This document shows, piece after piece, positions 1-11,880 of a stretch of 64,000 nucleotides of DNA; position 1 is the first letter of the stretch; every line of letters starts with the position of its first letter. The DNA comes from Octopus vulgaris. Lineage: Eukaryota. The notes beneath the pieces are model-generated. The model ran no database searches. It saw only the letters and a program-made list of their open reading frames with translations, and was not told the DNA's origin. Made by a program: the position numbers and the translations under genes. The stretch spans positions 47,368,001 through 47,432,000 of the forward strand of contig OX597821.1 of NCBI GenBank assembly GCA_951406725.2. The letters run 5' to 3'.

Positions 1-410
1 AGCACTTTCCCACCAAGTCCATGTAACCCCTGAATAGAAGTTAGACAATCTTTATGATCATGTAACATGAAACTTGTGTCCTCCAAACTTACTGGATTAA
101 AATCCCATGGACTAAAATGTTTGGAGCATTGTTGAAAGGGAGACTAATTGACATCCCTACAAGACCATAGCTTCACTGAAGCTGTTTTTCAGGTGACTTT
201 GAAATGAATGAGGACCATTTAGAACAGGCATGTCACCAATTCCCATCTTGCATCAAAGCAGTCATTGAAGCCAGTGGCAGACTGATAAAATAATTCTTAT
301 AAGAAAGCTTACTGAGAACATGTACACAAATTGCTATAAACATACATTTGGTTTTTGCTAGATTAGAGTTGTTTTATTATATTACCCAATATGTCCTCAA
401 ATACTCCATT
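1..410 (+). mobile_element. Degraded 3' end of a Tc1/mariner (maT/DD37D-like) transposase
   Basis: Frame 2 reads NLCPPNLLD*NPMD*NVWSIVERETN, a decayed WPPNSPDLNPMDYxVWS motif. After a frameshift it reads ...ACHQFPSCIKAVIEASGRLIK* (stop at 291-293). Right boundary is approximate. Confidence 0.8.
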
Positions 411-959
411 GTGTGTGTGTTTGTGTGTGTGTGTGAGCGCACACACATCACCACTGTATATTTATGTTTTGCTGTGTAGTGGACAGGCAAACAATGTTAT
501 CTATAAACATTTACACAGAACATCACAGGTATTGCTTACTCAGCTACATGAACAAGCCCACAGTTTTAAGAGAGGATAATTTTAGATTCTAGTTTTGTAA
601 AGCTTATGATTGAGAACCTGTAATCTCTAATGTCTTGTTTGTCTAAACTTTTTTTCAGTTCAGGACTCATTACAATGCCTTTTCTGCAGTATTTCACTTT
701 CAATTTTAAACTTATTACATTATTAGCTTTAACACCTTCAAATGAACACTAGCAAGAGGAGTAACTAGGTTCACATTATTGGGATGTTGAACTGGCACAG
801 CATACAGGAGTCTAACTGAACCAATGCTATGAGACCAAAGTTAAACAAAATTGTGCTCTTGAATTGTTTGACCTGTACATATTTAACTAAGGTGCTCTAA
901 AACACAAATTGTTTGTGATCAAAAGGTAAAAAATAATTTTTATATAGAATTAGGTTATA

Positions 960-1085
960 CAGGGTGTCCACAAAGTCTGGGTGCATGGAGTAAATAAAAT
1001 CATAACATAAACAATTAAACATAAGAAATAATAATTTCTTAAAGTATTGTTAATCCCCATGTACCCAGACTTTGTGGACACCCTG
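960..1085. mobile_element. 126-bp Tc1/mariner-type MITE
   Basis: 29-bp TIRs CAGGGTGTCCACAAAGTCTGGGT(G/A)CATGG with 1 mismatch, and TA on both flanks (958-959, 1086-1087). Confidence 0.92.
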
Positions 1086-1377
1086 TACATCTTATGCAGT
1101 TCCATCCACCTCACTGCTCACAATATTTACACTCAGAAGAACTATATTTCACACAGATACATAGTGACAATGTAGCTTCCTCCTCCTCCTCCTCCTACAA
1201 CTACTACTATTACTATGTATATGATGAACGGTTAGTTGATACTCAAAGCCTGACAGAAGTACTCTTCTGAAGTTATCTATTAATTGATGCATTTGATGAA
1301 GAACAGTGAACTCACTCCATTTATTATGACTCTCATGCAAAATAAATATTAGATAATTGACATGAATGCAAACTTAC

Positions 1378-1471
1378 CACTGTCACCCTTTTTGTCAATG
1401 TAATATGCATCGGACAATCCTATTTTTACAGGATGGTTTTGTGAACTGATAAAATAAGGAGATATTGGTAA
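1378..1471 (-). CDS. PLXDC2: PLXDC1/2-like gene, coding exon (gene continues below coordinate 1)
   Basis: 94 nt, tacttccag| ... G|gtaagt, phase 0-1. LPISPYFISSQNHPVKIGLSDAYYIDKKGDS resembles PLXDC2 [23 protein letters not shown]. Confidence 0.95.
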
Positions 1472-2110
1472 CTGGAAGTAGAAATTAAATTGATTTCTTG
1501 TAAAACGATAAGGGAAAACAGTATCATGTATCTTAAATAAAAGTTTATCACTAACAATGCAGTGTAAGGGATTGTCTTTATAAATATATTTAGTACAGCT
1601 ATGAGGACTGCTTAAATTTGAAATCCAAGTTAATGACTATATCAGTCATGAATTTAATTTGTTGCCCAGTTTAACATGACCACCAGCTGGTCCTTGAGTG
1701 GATGTGCCTGTAGCAAAGTTCACTCAATTGCAAGCTCAGGATTATTTCCTCCATTCAATTCGGAAGCCTTTATGACTACACCTCCTCCTCTGATTAACCC
1801 CTAAAGAAATAAATAATTCACAATATGGCCTTGTAATCATTTTTGTTCCAAGATGTATTGATTTATCAGTGATTAAATGAAGCAATCTAAGGGTCTTAAA
1901 TCTCCAGCTTTCTCTGTGTCTCTCTCATTAATTTGGTTCTTAACACCAACCAATTTTTACAGCAAGACTATTATTTAGATATACCATACTTATCCATGGT
2001 TGTCTTCAACTGTAAAATCTTCCTATATTGCTGGCTTAATTAACACACAAAACTATGATAATGAATTCTAAATTAAAATTTAACTGTACAAACAAACTTT
2101 GAATGATCAC

Positions 2111-2175
2111 CTTTTTATATACAAATTTTATTGTGCCATTTTTCAGTAAAATCACTTGGAAATTAAAGGAATCAT
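2111..2175 (-). CDS. PLXDC2: PLXDC1/2-like gene, 65-nt coding exon
   Basis: ctttacag| ... AAG|gtgatc, phase 1-0. DDSFNFQVILLKNGTIKFVYKK resembles PLXDC2 [20 protein letters not shown]. Confidence 0.92.
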
Positions 2176-2550
2176 CTGTAAAGAGAAAACAAAATTCCTG
2201 TTGTCAGCACTTTATCAATCCTTGTCATTTAAATCTACAATATATATTTAGAAACACAAAAGAAAAAAAGTACATTTAATGTAGCCCTGTGCTATCTATA
2301 TTATGCTTCATAAACTTCAATATGGCTGCATCACTAGCAACAGACTCAAGCCTTAAAATAGTTAACTCACAAGAACTGTAATACATTTATATGAATGCAT
2401 TGATTGAAAATAAACAGTACAGTATAAACAGAAACTTTCTGACACTATTCAGTCGTTCAGCTGTATTCCTTGTATAAGAGATTTATATCAGGAGGGAATA
2501 TTTAAGTTGTGCATCTTAATTACTTAATAATGTTATATAAGAGTAAATTT

Positions 2551-2979
2551 GGATCTTTTCGGTTTGAACGGCTGTTTTTTCTAGCGGTGTCATATGAAAT
2601 TGTCACCCATAATTATGACCCTAGTATCGATCTATTACATTTCAATCTGCTTTAGGGTTTGGGTTAGTTAGGGTTAGTGTTAGGGGTGGGGGGAAGGGTA
2701 TCTTTTTTTTCCTTCAGAAATGTAAATGAACCCAATCTGTTTCTTAAACGAGGGACATATTCATATGGCACAGAATGTTTTCACCTTTCATTGATTGGTT
2801 GAAATTGCAGAAATTGAAGAAAAAAAAAACAACAAATATCTTACAAACTATAGAATTTTCTCAATAAAGCCAAGAGAAAAAGATGTTTTATAAACACATT
2901 CTACCAGTATACGAAGTTTAAAAGTGTTTAGTTATGTGGAAATTATTTTAAAAAACTGCCGGTCAAACGGAAAAGATCC
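2551..2979. mobile_element. Non-autonomous DNA transposon with GG termini and 8-bp TSD (Merlin-like)
   Basis: 29-bp TIRs GGATCTTTTC(G/C)GTTTGA(A/C)CGGC(T/A)GTTTTT matching 26/29. Flanks are gtaaattt and ataaattt. Internal TTAGGG-like repeats. The superfamily assignment is an inference. Confidence 0.8.
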
Positions 2980-3559
2980 ATAAATTTTTGTAATGTTATA
3001 GTATTTCAAGATGTTTTAGATTTTGCATAAAATGGAATCAAACTTCATAAGTGATAGAGTCCACTCAATTTGAAGTCACTTCAAAGTAATTTTTGGCTTA
3101 AGACATTGCCTAAAAGTTATTAACATCAGCATGCAAATGTGAAATGATTGGAAGACAAGTTTATAGGTCATTGATATATTAGGGAACATTGATGGTAACC
3201 AAATGTTTGTTAATAAATGTCATCCCACCTCAGTTAGGCTATTCAAAGACACCTTACATTTTTAGGCCACTGAACGGGAGCCTTAAGTTTTCTTAAGGGC
3301 AGACACCATAATAAAGGAGGATTTACTAACATAATTCAGAATGTCTAAGTAGTATCATCAACAGTTAGCCTTCTAAATGTCTTAAACATATCAGCTAGTT
3401 AATATTATAATATTATAATGTGGAGTCTTTATTTTCAACTTGATTACTACACCATGCTAACTGATCTATAGAAAATGGTTCTTTAAGTATGCATTGGAAT
3501 TTGTAAGTTGTTAAAATAACTTCATTTTAATTCCAATAAATAAAGATGAAGTGTAACAT

Positions 3560-4210
3560 TTTTCTTACTTTCTCAGTCAATGTACTGTGACCATGCTGGG
3601 GCACAACCTTGAATGGTGTAGTCAACCAAATCGACTCCAGTACTTATAGCTTTTTAAAATCTGGTATTTATTCCATCGGTCTCTTTTGCTAAACTGCTAA
3701 GTTATGAGGACATAAACAAACCAACACCAGTAGTCAAGCAATAGTAGGAAAGGACATATACAAAAACACACATGTACCCAGAAAAATCCAATAGGAATCA
3801 ATTGTATTCTGTCTTGATGAAGTACCTACACATGGCTGTTGCTGAGCAGCATTCAACTATACAGTAATTATAAAATATACTCCTCTATAATGGTATATAA
3901 ATATAAACACCAACTAAAGTTGGTGTGCAGTGACAAACAAATGTTGTGATCTTCTATTAAAGCCTGCTGTCCTCTATCTTTGTGTTATATTATCCTAATT
4001 TGTTTGTTTGTATGTTCGTATGTATGTACATACATATGTATTCACAACAGGCTTCCACAGTGTTTCTGCTTACCAAATTCCCTCACAGGGCACTGGTTGG
4101 CCCAGAGTTATAGTAAAAGACATTTGCCCAAAGTGCTGGCCTGTATGATTGAACTAAAATCTATAGGATAACAAAGTAAGCTTCTTAAGCACACAGCTAT
4201 GACTACACCA
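3560..4210 (-). mobile_element. Old tRNA-derived SINE (family A), split by unrelated sequence at about 3775-4035
   Basis: Diverged match to the tail (cagtcaatgtactgtgaccatgctgg) and head (cacacagctatg) of the family A copy at 20429. Confidence 0.7.
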
Positions 4211-4317
4211 GCATCTGGACATTTTCTATTTTTCTAAAGCACCTGAATTAACATCATATTACTTTATTACTAATAGACGTGTAAAATTTCTCACTCTACA
4301 AAATTCCACACACGAGT

Positions 4318-4490
4318 TCATCATCATCATCATCATCGTTTAATGCCTGCCTTCCATACTGGCATGGGTTGGACAGTTTGACAGGAGCCAGCCAGGCATC
4401 AGACGACACCAGGCTTTTGTGTCTGTTTTGACATGGTTTTTACACCAACCACCCTACATAGTGGACTGAGTGCTTTTTACATGGCACCAG
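4318..4490 (-). mobile_element. Short 3' end of an RTE LINE with (GAT)n tail
   Basis: (CAT)n followed by gtttaatgcctgccttccatactggcatgggttgga, matching the 3' end of the RTE at 42363-45946. Confidence 0.75.
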
Positions 4491-5097
4491 CTCATACACA
4501 GATCTAATCTGTGTATGAAAATAATTTCTTTAAATCCAAAATGTTTTGAAGTTCAGATGTAATACAAATGCATTCTTTATAAGAGCAGTCTTTGCAGACC
4601 TCTTTGTGGTTTACTGCCATTAAGATTTTAACAATGTAAGACATTTCATTTAATGGCAACAATAGAACTATTTCCTCTCTTCATAAATGGAAATTACTTG
4701 TGATTGTAAGAAACACTAACCAAATAAGACTCTTTTCTGACAGAGTATTTAGATATTACAGAGATGTACTTGCATAGCAAGTGACTTGATCTGAGATCGT
4801 GTGCTGGGAAAACAATTGCAGCATGGAAGGTGCATCTCAGGAGATGCAGTACGAAGCTTTGTCAGTGAACAGGTCACGGTCTCAAAGCAACGAAAATATT
4901 TTGACAAATTAAATTTAAATGTTGAAGTGATAGATAAATATTATGACAAAGAAGATATATGTGGGTCATAATTACACTAAAGCTTTACATAAATAAATTA
5001 AAGTTACAATTTTGTCTCGCTCTAAAAGATTATATTCTTTGTGACATATTTCATGGGTATATTTAAAAAGAAAAACAAAATGAAAATTCATCCTCAC

Positions 5098-5157
5098 CTT
5101 TCGATGACTTCTGATCGTGGAGATGAACATTTTTCCAATGAACTACAAACATGTTTT
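5098..5157 (-). CDS. PLXDC2: PLXDC1/2-like gene, 60-nt coding exon
   Basis: ctttttcag| ... G|gtgagg, phase 1-1. ENMFVVHWKNVHLHDQKSSK resembles PLXDC2 ALVVQWDHVHLQD. Confidence 0.93.
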
Positions 5158-5636
5158 CTGAAAAAGTAACAAAATATTGGAAAATTATAATATATAAATA
5201 AAATAAAAAAATAAAAAAGATAATCTAAAATGAGATATTCAGCTTTACTACAATAAAGAACATTGCTTATTAATTAGTTTGAAATAATTTTTACTAAAAA
5301 ATAAAGGCAATTATTTAAGACTAAACTGTCTAGAAAATTCTTAAAAATTCCAATTTTAATATTTTTTATCAAATTATAGTCCTCAATGAACTTATATTTA
5401 TTGAAGATTTCAATTAAAAATATACTTATTTGAATTTAATGTGATATTGTGTTTTTTTATGCTGTGATCTAACTTTTCTCTTTCTCTCTCAGGCATCATC
5501 ATGCTACTTTCAAGATATATCAGTAAAAACATGTCTCCAAATTATAAGTTTAATTTCGCATCAAATCTGCAAAGTGTTTTTGAAGATGAAAAGGTGTTTT
5601 AATTTCCTTATGTCAATATTACCAAATATAAACTCA

Positions 5637-6288
5637 GAAGGTGATATCCAGTGACCTTCATGAGGCAGTGTGCTAAGTGACATAGCTGTGTTTACTTTGC
5701 AAGTTGCAAAATTTGTGTTTTTGTGATCACATGTATGCTGTAGTCTGCGATTTTTGTCATGGAAAGGAAGTTGGAACAAAAAGCCAACATGAAATTTTGT
5801 GTTAAACTTGGGAAATCTGTTACAGAGACATTGAGCATGCTTTAGCAAGCATACAGTGATGAGGCAATGAGTCATATGCAATGCTTCAAGTGGCACAGGC
5901 ACTTCAAAAGGTACAACAGAGCGACAGCTCAATCGAAAGTGTGCTCATTGCTTTTTGACATCCATGGTGTTGTGTATTGAGAATTTGTCCCCTAGGGCCA
6001 GAGCATCGATTGAGAGTTCTACTGCAATGTCTTGAAGCATTTGAGAGAGGACATTCAGCAAAAGCAACCAGATCTGTGGCGCGTGAAGAATTGGATGTTT
6101 CATGATGACAATGCACTCTGTCACCAAGCTCTCCTCACTCGATTTTATCACCAAAAGACAATATGGTATTGCTTCCACACCCTCTTCTGGGACCAGTAAC
6201 TATTTCAAATGAGATGTCAAAACTTTGGTAAATAAGTTATTTCCTTAATAAAACGTAACTAGTCCAGGAACTTACTGATACCACCTTG
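5637..6288 (+). mobile_element. Internally deleted mariner transposon
   Basis: Decayed HTH region (MERKLEQ..NMKFCVKLGKSVTETLSML*QAYSDEAMS..QCFKWHRHFK) and catalytic segment (FDIHGVVY*EFVP...NWMFHDDNA). TIR-like 3' end ...gaacttactgataccaccttg followed by TA. Confidence 0.85.
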
Positions 6289-6818
6289 TATCTCATTTTC
6301 TATCAATAACCTTATGTACTGTAACAGGAGATTGTACTGTACTTGATACAAAAAGTAATGCAGAGCAAATAACAGTTATACAATCGCATGTATTTCAACC
6401 AACAATAAGTTTTTCACTGTGATTTTTACCAATACATGTATTGGTAAAAATCACGGGTGTGCAATCTAGTTCACCATCATGCAAATTATGAAATCATCTG
6501 ATATGTATCTATATGATAAACCAAGGACTTTTACACAGCTAAGATGAGTTAATATAATATTTGATTTCCTCGCAAATTTTAAGTCTCTGAGTGCTTCCTA
6601 TTCTACATTTAGTTATTGATGAATAAAGGATATAAAGGGAAATTAGATGTAACTTAGAATAATTACACAACTTGAGAATCAAATGTGTAAATATAAATTA
6701 GCGACTAACAGAAAACCACTCAGGGGGCAGTGTTTCTGTTAGTATTATTAAATATTAAAGTTTAGAAAGAAAATAATTTAAAATAAAAATAAATGATTGA
6801 AGATATTTAACATTAGGG

Positions 6819-7004
6819 TATTCTGTTGTGTCTGGGGAGAGCCATTCTCTTTTAGTGCCTTATTATTTAACACACTCACCGGTAAAATTTCCACTTATTT
6901 CTTTTTTTTTTTTTCTAAAATTTTTGTTGCGTCTTGCAACCTTTTCAATAGTCTTGACTATAAGGCACTAAAAGAGAGTGACTCTCCCCAGACACAACAG
7001 AATA
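6819..7004. repeat. 45-bp inverted repeat with 96-bp spacer
   Basis: 6819-6863 matches the reverse complement of 6960-7004 with 2 mismatches. Confidence 0.9.
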
Positions 7005-9301
7005 TGCTTCAACACACGAACTCATATAAAGAATCTTGCAAACCAAATCCAAAAACGAAACATTAGTGTAGTTTTATAGTAATAAAAATTGGTTGAGAGA
7101 ATATCACTGACTTGATAGTATAATAATAATAAATGACATTACAATAATTTAGAACAACAGGAAAATCTTTTAAGTGACAGTCACAGTTTGACCTTGACAA
7201 TAAAACCATTGTGTTGTAAACGCTATTCACACGTGCATCCGCACACACACACACACACACACACATGAAATAACTGAATGTTCAAAGAAATGTCAAGCTG
7301 TTGGGGAGGTTATTGGCAAGTGAACTAAATAAGCAACAGTGAATCCTGGATTTGAAGACAAAAGCAAACACTGTTATACGTAAGGCTAAAAGTCAAAACC
7401 TACGGCCCATAACTTAGTCACTTACAAGTGGAGTATAACCTGATAACAAGTGCCATGTTTTCTCTATTTTAGACTGTCCCTATGCAGTTCCAGCAGACAT
7501 AGACACCCTCTCTGCCTTCCCACCCTGCGGAACATAGAGGAAGTGGCAGTTGAAGAATGAGAGGGCAGCTTCAGAACTTAGTTGGGACTCATTTTCAGCT
7601 GAATCAACTGGAGCAATGGGAAATACCTTGCTCAAGGACATAATGCACCACTCAAATTCAGATATCCAACTATAACATTATAATCACGAGGGCATCATCT
7701 TCATTAGTAGACCATACACATTCACAATGCTAAATATGTTTAACACGATACAGATGCCCACATTATCAGATGATGATATTAGAAATAGAGAAGAAATGAG
7801 ATTGAAAGAAATAAAGAAAAATGGCAAAGCTAAATTCCTTAAACACCATGTTAACAGCTCTGTTCTAACGTATTTATTGGAAGTGGAGATCCTTAGAAAT
7901 AGTAGACACTTTCCGTTACTTAGGTGACCAAGTTAGTAGTGGTGGAGCTTATTCCAAAAACTAAGTTTATCGTTAGATTTGAACTTAAGACATTAAGAGA
8001 AAAGAGTAAATACTGTAAAGCATTTTGTCTGGTGATCTATTAACTCTACTTAACCAATAAACCTTAAATACATGTTGTAAGATCGATTTCTTCATATCAA
8101 AAACATGCCGCATGCTAATTTCTGAGAAAATATATATCTAAAATTGAAATTTGCAGTGTAAATAGTTTTACTGCTCATTATACCACATTGCTAATTACTT
8201 ACGAAATACACCCATTAAAGGTCGATATATGTACAAATATATAAATCTCTACATGAAAATGTTACTAGGCTTCTCTATAATCCCAACAAAATGATAGAGA
8301 AATGTATAATGCATAATGGTAATTAAAGCCTTATCAATTAGGCCCTAAAGTTACTTCTAGAAATTAGTAAGCAGTATACTGCATCAACGTTTTAATTTCT
8401 AGTTTTCTATACTGGGCTTTGATTAGATATCTTGACCACACAACATTGTTTACCAACCAACTCTTTTCCATTGACTCTGTAGGGTCTTTCCAGTCCCCTT
8501 CCCTGTTCTTTGACAATAAGTACTCTTCAAATAACAGCTGCACAAGAACTGCCCCACCACCACCACCACCACTACCACACAATGTCTATATGTATCACTG
8601 ACCAAAAACGATACAGTAATTTCTCTTGCACACTTCAACTTTTATGCTTCATACCAACTGCCTTATGCATCTTTAAAGATTTTTGAGAAATTGCTTTAAT
8701 TTTCACTGAGATCCAACATTAATCAGATGACTAAAGAAAGAGGAACAGCCATTTATAGCTAGTAAACCATCAAAGTAGGTGATGGATCAGAAAATACTGA
8801 ATTCTTCTACTAACTACACGTGTTTTTTTTTTACATCTGAAATACTGGATCTCTCTCATTTGGCAGATTCTTGCACTCATTGTTTGCAGCTAAGTGAAGA
8901 CTATTAATTTCTGACTATTATCCTACATATCAAGCAAATTCACTTCTCAAATTGCACAAAGATTTAATGTTCTTCTTGACTAACTGTGTTTAATTCTGAC
9001 ATTTGTAACCATATGTGTAAAACCCACCAAAGTATTGATCAATGCCATTCTGAAGTAACTAGAAAACATACGACCTCATACAATTATGCTATCATTCAGT
9101 CTAGAAGATTAAAACCAAAAAAAAAAAAAAAAAAAAAAAAAAACAGGCTGTATTCACCGTCCTTTCATCTCAACTAACAAAACAAAACAAAAATGAGACA
9201 GCAATGTTGGTTTTGAACTAAAGATGTCTTGGTGAAAGACAGTTAAATTGAGACTTTAGATAGTGTCTATAATTATCAGCTAAAATATAGGATTATAGCT
9301 T

Positions 9302-9860
9302 TGTTAAGCTATACACAAACAAACTAGTGGAGATGAGAAAACATTTATCAAAGGTTTATTACTTTATGTACATCAGGGCTAAAGTCACCAGTTATTTCTG
9401 TTTAGTTCATTCAGATTCATTTAACACATGCTGTTGACGTTCTTTTGTTTTTTTTTCTCCTACTGGAAGTTCCTTTCGCTGCTGACCAACTTCCTAGCTT
9501 GTCCACAGTGAATTTTCTGACTACAGTTCGTCTGTCACAAATCCTGTCCTACATAGCTCCCCCACCAGAACTGTTGACTGTCAATGGGAATGGGAAGGCA
9601 TCTTAATTGTCCTGCCTATGCGTGTGGTTACTTGATTCTTTGGTGACTGTTCCTCGTCAAGGGTTGGTGTGATCTGTCAAGAATGCTCCCTGTTTGGTGG
9701 CAGGGCTACTTGAACAGGGCTGTCAGTATCGAGATGGGCTGGTTTCATTCTATCGATGGAGACTGTGTCTTGTCGTCTGCAAATTAGGAGTTGGAATGTT
9801 TTATCTCCCAGATGTATGACTTGATATGGACCATTGTAGGGTGACTGGGTGGTAACGTCT
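9302..9860 (-). mobile_element. Gypsy/Ty3 LTR retrotransposon remnant: integrase C-terminus, PPT and 3' LTR (9302-9553)
   Basis: QSPYNGPYQVIHLGDKTFQLLI..RQDTVSIDRMKPAHLD carries the GPY/F motif. It is followed by purine-rich TGGTGGGGGAG and then an LTR running TGTAGG...AATAAA...TTAACA. Confidence 0.85.
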
Positions 9861-10439
9861 TGGTTGAAAATATTATCAACCACGTAATACATATGGAACA
9901 TCTGCTTTTCCAGATTTGCATGGATCAGACAGATTTCATATAACTGGATGCAATTCTCATCACCAACCCTCATCTGTTTCTAAGTAAGGTAATATTTCAC
10001 AATGCCCAATTGTGATTATGTGGGAGACTGGAAACAAAAAACACCTCTTGCATGACAGTGACACTAGCTTACAATTGCTGCCCAATGTCAAAGCAAGGAG
10101 ACAGTAGAACACATACACACACACACACACACTTAGTTGATCATTGGTTTAATCACTACATTCTGGTGATCTCATGAGCTAGCTTTTTTTTAATTTCCAT
10201 ATGTGAATATACAATTGTATTGCTTAATACCAAGCATACACATTAATGCAAACATGTAAGCATAACTTCCACACTGAAATTAATACTACATGAAAAGGTT
10301 GTGAAAAGGCTGTAATCCTAAGGATGTCATGTCAGTAAATGAATATATATTCACATTTCATACCTCAAGCAAAATCTCAGAGCCTGTATATCCTTAAAAG
10401 AAAGCTAACAAATGACACCAGAATTCAGGGCCCAAGGAT

Positions 10440-11880
10440 ACCGACAATTCAAGAAAAATAGGTGTCTGTTGCCTTGGAAAAAGTTATGATCATACTCTTA
10501 AGGATATTAGCAATGCTGAAGACACCAAAACCATACTAGGCACCTGGCTGAGGGCAGTTGATAAAAGTCAGTTACTTGGAAGGTTCAAAGTGTGATGCTT
10601 CCAATATGGTATCACACCCATACTGCAGCAGCCATTTTTGCTTTAGGACTTCTCTATAACCTGGGTTGAGACAATGGAAAGGTTGTGAAGGAAGTTCATG
10701 CAAAGATGGCTGGATGTTCCCACAAATTCCAACTCAGTCAATTTGTACAAGGCTCCACCTACCAATTTCATCAGTGGTGGGGAAAATCAAAGCTACAAAG
10801 GCAAAAAACAATCACCACATTGTTTCTGTCTGGGGATAAGAAAGTCAAACACGTAAACCTGACCATAAAGTGTGGCAGAAAATGGAAAGCTCATGAAACT
10901 GTGAAGGAAGTAGAGACATACTGGAAACACCAAGAGATTGTTGGAGTTGTGGGTCAATGATGGCGACAACTTGGCAATTATAGCACCAAGAGGTGGAAAA
11001 TACCAGAGGTAGGAGAGAACTTATAATGCAAAGGATCTGTGATTCAACTGAGGAGGATTGCCAGCTGAAGACAGTAAGGTTTGGCCATCAGGGTCAATGA
11101 ATACAGTGGGTCCAAGCACTTCAACATCCACTGTCCTGAAAGGAACTCTGGAGCACTGATCTGAGAAGATTGTCCATGCTTCCTTCTTTGTAGTCACTGA
11201 CCTCTTAGCAACCTGAAACAACCTTAGAATATGAGTGCAGAGTGCAGGGCAACTCTGCAACCTGAACCACATTTTGACTGGATTCCATTAGGGCACTGGG
11301 AGAAGGCCAATACAAGTGGAGACATGACAAGGTTCTAGCAGAAATTGTCTAGTGGACTGCTCTGCAAAGGGTGGCAGCTAATAAACACTAGTTACCACAT
11401 CAAAGGGTACCAAATTTCTAAATGAAGGTGACAAGTTATCAAAGAAAAAGTGTAGGGGACCAATTTTCTGTTTTGTAGTCAACCTCAGGTGGGGTGATGC
11501 AAGGGGTAAACTTGAATTCCCAGAAGAGATTTTGGTAGCATCACTCCAAACAGACATGTTCCTACTCTCAAAGAATACAAAAACAATCATTGTAGTTGAA
11601 CTCACAGCACCCAGGGAGGGTAGACTCAATATTTCTCACCAGATAAGTAAATCGAAATCTCAGGAATTAGTCAACAAGGCTCTGATCAAGGGCTGCCATG
11701 TGGTCTCATTCACAACTGAAGTTGGCTGTCATGATTTTGCATCTGGAATAGTGAACTATTTCCTTCAGAATAGAAGGGAGGCCCGGAAGCCAGAAAACCA
11801 AAGAAGGCCATCAAGAAAAAAGGCACAGCAGATGGAACTAGCTCAAGATGGCTATAGTTGATAAGAGATTGCAAGTAGAA
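10440..11880 (+). mobile_element. Decayed HERO-like (R2-group, restriction-like endonuclease) non-LTR retrotransposon, 3' half
   Basis: CLGKSYDHTLKD...WLRAVDKSQLLGRFKV, GRKWKA..V...KHQEIVG, YKWRHDKVLAEI, and an RLE-type segment LQTDMFLLSKNTKTIIVVELTAPRE...EVGCHDF. Many stops and frameshifts. Confidence 0.85.

Noticed and set aside
1-1372. Next PLXDC exon (expected RRTIYEYHRV-like sequence)
   Set aside because: I found no matching sequence. It presumably lies beyond the left edge of the window.
5470-5530. Strong plus-strand acceptor (tttctctctcag) suggesting an antisense nested exon
   Set aside because: No convincing ORF or partner donor. It cannot be supported without transcript data.
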